Positions 1-6,175 of a stretch of DNA of 32,049 bases are shown here, piece by piece (the first letter of the stretch is position 1; each line of letters starts with the position of its first letter). Below the pieces are notes generated by a model. The model was not told where the DNA came from. It saw nothing but the letters and a program-made list of their open reading frames with translations, and searched no databases. The position numbers and the translations under genes were made by a program. The stretch lies in contig CAXULY010000052.1 in assembly GCA_964252075.1 (NCBI GenBank), forward strand, positions 1-32,049. The letters run 5' to 3'. The stretch comes from an uncultured Deinococcaceae bacterium (GTDB lineage: Bacteria; Deinococcota; Deinococci; Deinococcales; Deinococcaceae).

Positions 1-55
1 GTGGCTGCGGCGCGTCGCCGAGCAGCGCGCCCTGGCCAGCACCAGCAACACCTGA
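1..55 (+). CDS. 3' end of an upstream phage gene (partial, ...WLRRVAEQRALASTSNT*)
   Basis: Open frame from position 2 with GC-rich third codon positions, TGA at 53-55. Confidence 0.5.
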   Translation, partial: WLRRVAEQRALASTSNT

Positions 56-73
56 AGCCCGTCACGCCGCACA

Positions 74-97
74 GCCCAGCTGCTCGAGCAGCTGGGC
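74..97. terminator. Perfect 24-bp palindrome GCCCAGCTGCTC/GAGCAGCTGGGC (hairpin or protein-binding site)
   Basis: Seen directly between a stop codon and the next RBS; no U-tract. Confidence 0.45.
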
Positions 98-120
98 GCC
101 TTCACGTCACGAGGTGACAC

Positions 121-465
121 ATGCAGGCAATCATCCAGCAGATCGTCAGTGGAGGCCGGGTGGTCACCGGGCAGGCCAACGGCGACTACAACAATCACCA
201 CGTGGCCCCGAACGGAAGTGCCAAGTCCCTGGCGGCGCCCGTGGGGCAGGGCGCGCGGGTCGTGGAAATCTGGGCCAGGAACCAGGACACGTGGGTGCGC
301 TTCGGGACCAGCGCGGTCACGGTGGCTGAGCCCACCACGGAGATCACGGACGGCAGCGCCCCCACCCTCATCCCTGCCGGCGGCATCGGTCAGTTCATCA
401 TCGGCACCAACACCCACGTGGCCCTGCTCAGCACCGGCAACGTCCTGATGAGGTACTTCGCATGA
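121..465 (+). CDS. Phage hypothetical protein, probably a small beta-rich virion or tail component (114 aa)
   Basis: GAGGTG RBS, strong GC3 bias, ATGA overlap with the next gene. Confidence 0.75.
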   Translation: MQAIIQQIVSGGRVVTGQANGDYNNHHVAPNGSAKSLAAPVGQGARVVEIWARNQDTWVRFGTSAVTVAEPTTEITDGSAPTLIPAGGIGQFIIGTNTHVALLSTGNVLMRYFA

Positions 466-1925
466 CCCTCGGCATCAAGAACCCGGGCGGCAAGAGCACG
501 CCCGGCGCAAATGGTGAGTCGATCTATCAGATTGCCGTCCGTCTCGGCCTCTTCACCGGCACTGAAGCGCAGTTCGTGACCAGCATGCAGGCCAACCAGT
601 GGCGCTTCGGCAGTGGCGTACCGAACAACGCCGTGGGCAAGGACGGCGACCAGTACGTCAACACCGCCACCGGCGACCTGTACATCCGCGCGAGCGGCAC
701 ATACAGCCTCGCTATGAACCTCAAGGGCCAGTCCGGCCTGGTGGACCGCGGTGTGTGGGCCGCGAGCACCGTCTACAAGGCGGGGGACCTGGTGAGCTAT
801 CTCAACGCCTTCTACACGGCCAATGCCGACTTCACGTCTGGCGCGACCTTCAACGCCGCCAACTGGACGGCGCGCTACACGACCCCCAACCCGAACATCG
901 TCACGACCCTGGATCACAGCGCCATCCCCAACGATCGCTTCGCGGCCCTCGTGCCGGGCAGCACGGCGCTGGAGGAAGCGCAGCCGTGGCCGCTGGATCT
1001 CGCGGACGCCACCCTGTACTACAAGGACCCCACCGGCCTCCTGCGCATGGCGGGCGTGGACTTCATCCCGAACGCCATCGGCGGCGGCTCCATCGGGCAG
1101 CGTGTGGTGCTGATCGACAAGCCCACGCCGAGCAGCCCGAACTACAGCGTGGTGACGCCCGTCGTCGCAGCCGCCTTGCAGCCCACCGTCACGCAGGCGG
1201 TGAAGGAACTCGGCATCATCACGGGCGTCAGCCAGTCTAAGTTCACCGATCGCGGACCACTCAGCGTGGTGGACACCAGCCTCACGCCCGTCACGGATAC
1301 CCTCACGACCTACACGCAGGGCACCGCCGCGGGCGTCTCGGGGGTGTTCGTGTCGCAGGGCGCGGCCCTGAGCCAGGTGCCCCTGATCGGCACGGACGCG
1401 GCCTTCCCGAGCGGGCTGTTCCTGCGCCTCAACGGTGGCAGCACCAGCGGCCTGCACGTCCTGACGCGCGAAGACACCGCCACCATGGTGGACGGCGCCG
1501 AAGAAGTGCTGGTGAAGCCGGACAGCGGCGGCTTCAGCGCCATCAACCTGTTCTCGCGCTTCACGAACACGGGCGGCACCGGCACCGAAACCGGGCTGGT
1601 GCTGCGCCTGACCACGGGCGGGCTGAGCCTGTGGACGCTCGTGAACGGCGTGTGGACGCAGCTCAAGAAGCCGGACGGCACGAACGCCACCTACAGCACG
1701 TCGCTGGCCATCACGAACATTTACCGCGTGACCTGGCAGTGGGCGGGCACCAAGGTTCGCGCGAAGATCCGGCTGCTGGGCGCCGCTGACCCCGGCTGGC
1801 AGGTGCGCGGCTGGCAGTCCGCGGTGCTGGGCGCGGGCAAGATCGGCTGGGGCAACGACATCGGGTACACCAAGATCGGGCAGCACAGCATCGTGCGGAC
1901 CGCTGACCTGCCCCCGGCGGCCTGA
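462..1925 (+). CDS. Phage tail fibre / receptor-binding protein with a CBM5/12 (ChtBD3)-like module (487 aa)
   Basis: GESIYQIAVRLGLFTGTEAQFVTSM and GSGVPNNAVGKDGDQYVNTATGDLY resemble motifs of collagen-like tail fibres. WAASTVYKAGDLVSY...Y.A...NW matches the CBM5/12 pattern. The C-terminus is Thr/Gly-rich and beta-like. Confidence 0.7.
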   Translation: MTLGIKNPGGKSTPGANGESIYQIAVRLGLFTGTEAQFVTSMQANQWRFGSGVPNNAVGKDGDQYVNTATGDLYIRASGTYSLAMNLKGQSGLVDRGVWAASTVYKAGDLVSYLNAFYTANADFTSGATFNAANWTARYTTPNPNIVTTLDHSAIPNDRFAALVPGSTALEEAQPWPLDLADATLYYKDPTGLLRMAGVDFIPNAIGGGSIGQRVVLIDKPTPSSPNYSVVTPVVAAALQPTVTQAVKELGIITGVSQSKFTDRGPLSVVDTSLTPVTDTLTTYTQGTAAGVSGVFVSQGAALSQVPLIGTDAAFPSGLFLRLNGGSTSGLHVLTREDTATMVDGAEEVLVKPDSGGFSAINLFSRFTNTGGTGTETGLVLRLTTGGLSLWTLVNGVWTQLKKPDGTNATYSTSLAITNIYRVTWQWAGTKVRAKIRLLGAADPGWQVRGWQSAVLGAGKIGWGNDIGYTKIGQHSIVRTADLPPAA

Positions 1926-1926
1926 C

Positions 1927-3498
1927 ATGGCGGCGGACCTGTACCTGCAACTCAACCCGCCCGGCCTGTCGCCGCACTTCTTCCTGTCCGCCAGCCCAAA
2001 CTACGCCTTCCGGCGCAACGGGCTCAGGGGCTTCCGGGCCTGCGACCTCACCGACCCCCTCGCGCTGATGTTCGACCCGCGCACCCTGAAGATCGTGGAG
2101 CGCCGCGCGCTCGGCGGCTCCGCCGTGATCGTGGTGCCGCCCCCGCCGCCCGACGTGAACTGGGAGGACAACACCCTCGTCAACCAGCAGATCGCGCAGG
2201 CCCTCGCGGACGGCAAGCCGTCCTACAAGATCAAGGACCGGTACATCAAGGCCACGCCCGCCCAGCTGGCGAACATGACCTCCTTGATCAACATGACGAA
2301 CAGCGGCAGCATCGTCATCGAAGTCGAGGGCTCCATGTTCATGGGGAACGGCTCGCTGTTTTACGGCGCGAACGGCATGCTGCACCTCTACGACAGCGTG
2401 CTGACCGAGCTGGCGCCCACCATCGCGGGCCGTGCATGGGGCTACCTCATCAACGGCCTGTCCATGAAGTGGCTGGAGATGGAACAGGTGGACATCCCCG
2501 CCGCCGGGCGCGGCATTTACCTGCTGGGCACCGGCTCGCCCCAGATCTTCGCGGGCAATCCCGCCGCCGGGCACCGCGTGTACGCCAAGGGCCTCACGAT
2601 TCGCAACATCGACGGGCGCGTCAGTGACGGCGCGGGCAGCTATTACCACAGCACCTGGATGGAGACGCACGCGGGATGGGATGAAGTCAAGAACAACAAC
2701 GCCACGATCGGGTGCATGGTGGCAAACGCCTTCCGGTTCAATAAATGCTCCGCCATGCCGGTGTACCTGGGGTACATCGAGATCCTGAACGAGATCGGGA
2801 ACAGCCGGCATGAGGACGCCATCACCTTCCAGGGCAGCTCGGGCGGCAGCGCCGCCTATCCGGGCGTGCTGGAGAAGATCTTCGTGCAGACCTCCGGCGG
2901 CTGGGACTGGAATTACAAGCCTGGCGACCCGACGTACAACGGCGGCAACCAGCTGACCGGCGGCATCGGGTACCAGAACCCCGCGCGCACCGAGAACAGT
3001 CAGACCGCGCTGCTGATCGGGGACGGTAACCGCAGCAGCAGTTACGAGCTGAACACCAGCTTCCTCACCGCGAAGGTCATCTACGCCATTGGCGTGCGCG
3101 CGGTGATCACGCAGCAGGCGGGGCACGACGTGAGGTTCGAGGACTGCGTGGCGGCGTCCTGCCCCATCGACCTGAACGGCACGACGTACACCGGCGCGCA
3201 CGGGGGCTTCATGCAGGTGACCGACTACAACAACGGCGACACCGCGCCGGACAAGAACGGCGTGCAGCGCCTCATCTGGGGCAACAACAGCTTCGCGCGC
3301 GGGAACACCATGGACCTCTCCAGCGGCGGTCCCACCGCCACCGGCGCGCCGGGCGACGCGACGAAGAACAGTGATGCGTCCAAGAGCACCGGCAACTTCC
3401 GGTCCCTGCGCCCCAGTGATGGCGGGGCGGCGCTGCTGGACACCTTCCACAGCCTCGTGGCCGCCGACGGTGTGACCATGGGCAGCTCGCTCGCCTGA
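1927..3498 (+). CDS. Putative tailspike / parallel beta-helix protein (523 aa)
   Basis: Asn/Gly-rich beta-helix-like sequence (IRNIDGRVSDG, SRHEDAITFQGSSG, LLIGDG, AGHDVRFED) after a poly-Pro linker; directly follows the tail fibre gene. Confidence 0.6.
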   Translation: MAADLYLQLNPPGLSPHFFLSASPNYAFRRNGLRGFRACDLTDPLALMFDPRTLKIVERRALGGSAVIVVPPPPPDVNWEDNTLVNQQIAQALADGKPSYKIKDRYIKATPAQLANMTSLINMTNSGSIVIEVEGSMFMGNGSLFYGANGMLHLYDSVLTELAPTIAGRAWGYLINGLSMKWLEMEQVDIPAAGRGIYLLGTGSPQIFAGNPAAGHRVYAKGLTIRNIDGRVSDGAGSYYHSTWMETHAGWDEVKNNNATIGCMVANAFRFNKCSAMPVYLGYIEILNEIGNSRHEDAITFQGSSGGSAAYPGVLEKIFVQTSGGWDWNYKPGDPTYNGGNQLTGGIGYQNPARTENSQTALLIGDGNRSSSYELNTSFLTAKVIYAIGVRAVITQQAGHDVRFEDCVAASCPIDLNGTTYTGAHGGFMQVTDYNNGDTAPDKNGVQRLIWGNNSFARGNTMDLSSGGPTATGAPGDATKNSDASKSTGNFRSLRPSDGGAALLDTFHSLVAADGVTMGSSLA

Positions 3499-3591
3499 CC
3501 CTCAGCCCGCCGCGCCTGCGGGCGCTGACAACCCGCTCACTCACCGCCCCGCCGCTGCCCGCGCGCGGGGCGCGCTCACCTGGAGGGCACC

Positions 3592-3981
3592 ATGACGAAC
3601 GCGAACACGAACACCCCGGCACCCATCGACGGCGGCGCCATTCTGGAGCGCGTGCGCGCCATCCTCGGCACGCGCATCACCCGGCAGACGCTGGAGAACG
3701 CCGGGCGCTGGCTGGCGCAGAAGGCGCTGGAGCTGATTCCCGGTGACGACAAGGGCACCGAGCGCAAGCAGTGGGCGAAGTCCCACCTGCTCGCCGTGGT
3801 CGAACAGTATGACGACCTCGCGCCGGTCGTGGGCCCCTACCTGGACCTGCCCTTCGTGAACGGACTGGAGAAGGCGGCTGTGGATATCGCTGTGGAAAAG
3901 GGCTGGGCGTACCTCGTGGCGTGCGCGGGCGAGGCGCCCGTGACGGACGCCCCGGAGCTGCACGAAGGTGGGCTGGAGTGA
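3592..3981 (+). CDS. Phage protein, weakly LL-H holin-like (129 aa)
   Basis: GGAGG RBS. KGTERKQWA...AAVDIAVE resembles the soluble part of LL-H-type holins, but there is no clear transmembrane helix. The ORF is well supported; the function is not. Confidence 0.5.
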   Translation: MTNANTNTPAPIDGGAILERVRAILGTRITRQTLENAGRWLAQKALELIPGDDKGTERKQWAKSHLLAVVEQYDDLAPVVGPYLDLPFVNGLEKAAVDIAVEKGWAYLVACAGEAPVTDAPELHEGGLE

Positions 3982-4358
3982 GGCGCATTGCCGCGCTCCT
4001 GGCGCTGGCTGCCACGCTGGCCGCGTGCGCGCCCCTCATGGGCCCACAGCAGACCCCCACCGACCCCGCCCCGGCCCGCCTGAGCGTCGCCACGGCGCCC
4101 CTGTGCAAAACCTCCCCGCAGTGCCTGCGCTTCGAGGCGGGCGCGGCCCCCGCGACGCTCCGCAAGGTCACCATCAGCGGCACCAACCTGCGCGTGAAGG
4201 ACGCGCGGTGCAAGGTGGTGGCGCCGGACATCGTGTGCACCTTCAATGTGGAGGTGCCAGCCGGGCAGGTGTTCGCCTTGCCGGTGACCGGGACCGGCCT
4301 GTTCGGTCAGGGCGAGTACGCCCGGGGTGGACTCGGACCCTACACCGCGAGCTTCTAG
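3978..4358 (+). CDS. Phage lipoprotein (126 aa; start revised to GTG 3978)
   Basis: GTGA overlap with the upstream stop; signal peptide MRRIAALLALAATLAA-C with a LAAC lipobox. Confidence 0.75.
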   Translation: MRRIAALLALAATLAACAPLMGPQQTPTDPAPARLSVATAPLCKTSPQCLRFEAGAAPATLRKVTISGTNLRVKDARCKVVAPDIVCTFNVEVPAGQVFALPVTGTGLFGQGEYARGGLGPYTASF

Positions 4359-4360
4359 CC

Positions 4361-4621
4361 ATGCCTGGCGTGCGAATGACGAACGGGCGCGCCTACGCGG
4401 ATGACGCACCACCTGGCACCATCCAGGCCATGGAGGACGGGACACACTTCATTCGCTGCCCATGCGGCTGCGGGCAGGTGTGGCACGCCCTGCACGCGGT
4501 GGTGAGTGGCAGCGCCGAGGGCGGAGACCTCACCCTCTCACCCAGCCTGGTCATGAGGTCCGGCGACTTCGGGTGCGGCTGGCACGGCTGGCTGCAAAAC
4601 GGCGTGTTCACGTCCGTGTGA
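4361..4621 (+). CDS. DUF6527-like Cys/His protein (86 aa; start revised to ATG 4361)
   Basis: CPCGCG ... LTLSPSL ... GCGWHGWLQNG signature; starts 2 nt after the lipoprotein stop. Confidence 0.7.
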   Translation: MPGVRMTNGRAYADDAPPGTIQAMEDGTHFIRCPCGCGQVWHALHAVVSGSAEGGDLTLSPSLVMRSGDFGCGWHGWLQNGVFTSV

Positions 4622-4644
4622 CGCGAAGGGTGTAAACTCATGGC

Positions 4645-4720
4645 GGACAGGGGGCCCTCTTCGGAGAGGCCCCTTGTACATTGGCGCCCCCACCCTGCTG
4701 CCGGGCAGGGTGGGGGTTTC
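4645..4720 (+). ncRNA. Candidate ~75-nt two-hairpin small RNA (alternatively tandem terminators of the late operon)
   Basis: TAAACT -10-like box at 4633-4638; cUUCGg-capped stem at 4647-4677; 12-bp stem 4687-4698/4705-4716 followed by TTTC. Confidence 0.35.
4687..4720 (+). terminator. Intrinsic terminator after the phage late-gene block
   Basis: CCCCCACCCTGC-6 nt-GCAGGGTGGGGG followed by TTTC. Confidence 0.7.
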
Positions 4721-4769
4721 TCTGAGCACGACCATACGTCTGCGGTTTGGCAATCCTTCATGCATGGTG

Positions 4770-4799
4770 TGCAGTTCAAATTGCATCGACCGATACAAT
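4770..4799 (+). promoter_or_regulatory. Promoter for the moron gene: TACAAT -10 box (4794-4799) with imperfect inverted repeat TGCAGTT-ca-AATTGCA (4770-4785)
   Basis: AT-rich patch; near-consensus -10 box 5 nt before ATG 4805 (leaderless geometry). Confidence 0.5.
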
Positions 4800-4804
4800 T
4801 TGGT

Positions 4805-5014
4805 ATGGCTTTGGATGAGCTAGAAGACGAAGGCGAACGCCTGCGTGTGCTCAATGAAGTGGCCAAGTGGACGCTGTTCGAGCTTCGCTGTCAGGAACAC
4901 GAGCACGCCCTGATCGAGCAGGAACTTCAGTGGCGTCGGGAGCATTCACTGATCGTGCTGCCCTGGTCCATCGTCCATCCGCCGCATGACTCACTTGATC
5001 CATGGTGGCCGTAA
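4805..5014 (+). CDS. Small hypothetical moron protein (69 aa, MALDELEDEGERLR...LDPWWP)
   Basis: In frame with track ORF 4640-5014, whose 5' part runs through two hairpins. Has its own -10 box and its own terminator. Confidence 0.55.
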   Translation: MALDELEDEGERLRVLNEVAKWTLFELRCQEHEHALIEQELQWRREHSLIVLPWSIVHPPHDSLDPWWP

Positions 5015-5032
5015 CACGTCCGGTGCCAAGCC

Positions 5033-5076
5033 AGCGCCCCCACCTGCCTTCGGGCGGGTGGGGGCGCTTCTCATTT
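5033..5076 (+). terminator. Intrinsic terminator with UUCG tetraloop
   Basis: AGCGCCCCCACCTGCC-TTCG-GGCGGGTGGGGGCGCT, then TCTCATTT. Confidence 0.75.
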
Positions 5077-5086
5077 GTTGGGCAAA

Positions 5087-5115
5087 TGTTCGGGTTTTGT
5101 TCGGGTTTTGTTCGG
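5087..5115 (+). repeat. 11-bp tandem direct repeat TGTTCGGGTTT, about 2.6 copies
   Basis: Copies at 5087-5097, 5098-5108 and 5109-5115 (partial). Confidence 0.85.
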
Positions 5116-5149
5116 CCACCACCACGGCCCGCGCGCTTATGCTGAGGGT

Positions 5150-5305
5150 GCCCGGATGGACCTCCATTACCCATGCGGGCGCGCGGGCGGTTTCCAAGGC
5201 GGTTTCCGCCCGCGTTCGTGTATCTTGTGCCGGGCGCTCCGCTGTGGGACGACAGCGTTGAGCGCCATCGAAGTGGGCCAGAGGAGCGTCTGGCCCACTT
5301 CACCT
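5150..5305 (+). ncRNA. Candidate ~155-nt highly structured RNA
   Basis: TATGCT -10 box at 5138-5143. Consecutive stems at 5173-5190/5206-5221 (several G-U pairs), 5233-5245/5252-5266 and 5270-5282/5289-5301. Confidence 0.45.
5270..5301. terminator. Perfect 13-bp stem, possibly a bidirectional terminator
   Basis: GAAGTGGGCCAGA-ggagcg-TCTGGCCCACTTC, 27 nt downstream of the stop of the minus-strand 52-aa ORF. Confidence 0.6.
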
Positions 5306-5328
5306 ACATGGGTGGGTGGGGCGCTTCG

Positions 5329-5487
5329 TCACTTCTCCCAGCGCTGGAGCACGATCCAGCCGCCGATCCGGTACCACTCCAGGCGCTTCTCCAGCTCTTG
5401 CGCGGACGGCCGCACCAGGTACAGGCGGTGCGACCCGGAGGCGGTGACCTTCTCGAGCAGGGCATGATGTTGGGGGGTTGCAGGCAT
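5329..5487 (-). CDS. Small 52-aa protein at the prophage edge ([52 protein letters not shown]); candidate recombination directionality factor
   Basis: GGAG RBS 5 nt before ATG; nearly all codons after residue 8 end in G/C; downstream hairpin. Not called as a separate ORF in the track. The function is inferred only from its position. Confidence 0.65.
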   Translation of the reverse strand: MPATPQHHALLEKVTASGSHRLYLVRPSAQELEKRLEWYRIGGWIVLQRWEK

Positions 5488-5517
5488 CGGGGCTCCATGT
5501 CGCGCGCGGGGGCGGCG

Positions 5518-6069
5518 CACGCCGACTCGGACCACATCGAGGGCCTCGCCAGCGTGCTGCGCCTGATGCCCGTGGGTGAACTGTGGATCGGGCAGCGCAA
5601 GCACGGCGACCCCGTTCTGGACGCGGTGCTCACCGCCGCGCAGGAGCGGCACGTGCCCGTGCGTGAGGTGCGGCGCGGCGACACCGTCCGTGCGGGCCGC
5701 GACACCCTGACCGTGCTGTGGCCGAAAGGCGCCCCCTGGAGTGCTGCCGACAACGAAAACTCCGTGGTGGTGCAACTTGACGCGCCCAGCTTTCGCACCG
5801 CCGTGCTCGGCGACCTCCCCGACCCCACCGAGGGCGAACTGGGTCTGGGCGCGCTGGACGTGCTGAAGCTGGCGCACCACGGCAGCCGCTTCTCCACGGA
5901 CGACGCCTTCCTGACGGCGGCGCGGCCGCGCGACGCGGTGATCTCCGTGGGACGCAACAGTTACGGACACCCCAACCCGGACCTGCTCGCCCGACTCGCC
6001 GCGCGCGGCGTGCGCGTGTGGCGCACCGACCAGCAGGGCACCATCCGCTGGCCCCTCCCCGCCCAGTGA
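5518..6069 (+). pseudogene. comEC: 3' fragment of comEC/Rec2 DNA-uptake protein (C-terminal metallo-beta-lactamase domain), 5'-truncated
   Basis: [43 protein letters not shown] and WRTDQQGTI are ComEC MBL motifs. The upstream in-frame sequence is not ComEC-like: no competence/TM domain and no DVGQGD motif. Confidence 0.88.
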
Positions 6070-6175
6070 GAGGAGACGCCCTGCGGCCCCTGCCAGCGAC
6101 ATCAAGCGGCATGCGCAGCAGGAGAGCGGGCGCCCCTCACCCCTTTCCCGAGTTCCGTGCCCATTTACCGGCGCG

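Larger units (their letters stand above)
1..5517. mobile_element. Right end of a prophage-like element (tail/lysis-type module plus terminal accessory region), apparently integrated in comEC; left end and integrase lie outside the window
   Basis: Co-oriented, tightly packed tail-fibre, tailspike-like, holin-like, lipoprotein and DUF6527-like ORFs. They end abruptly at a 5'-truncated comEC that resumes at codon 5518. The boundary is approximate. Confidence 0.8.

Noticed and set aside
390..3450. Long minus-strand ORFs of 521 and 579 aa, and similar antisense ORFs elsewhere (e.g. 7583-9133, 9174-10544, 13407-14987, 30505-31935)
   Set aside because: Shadow frames of real high-GC genes, with no motifs and Arg/Ala/Gly-rich composition
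4640..4804. 5' extension of ORF 4640-5014
   Set aside because: It crosses two strong hairpins including a terminator; ATG 4805 has a better -10 context
5088..5113. Bona fide LexA SOS box
   Set aside because: GTTC-N7-GTTC is established for Alphaproteobacteria, whereas the Deinococcus damage response uses DdrO/RDRM. Kept only as an unexplained repeat.
4647..5327. Hairpin and repeat series as a CRISPR or mini-array
   Set aside because: The repeats are not identical, spacing is irregular and no cas genes are present
5173..5517. N-terminal 115 codons of the 298-aa track ORF 5173-6069 as part of a real protein
   Set aside because: They run through three hairpins and antisense to the 52-aa gene, and show no ComEC similarity. 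This is a chance open frame in high-GC DNA. In-frame ATG 5497 has no clear RBS, though low-level expression of the fragment cannot be excluded.
5100..5520. tRNA or tmRNA fragment as the integration target
   Set aside because: No T-arm (GTTCRA) followed by an acceptor stem and CCA is recognisable; the junction falls in comEC instead
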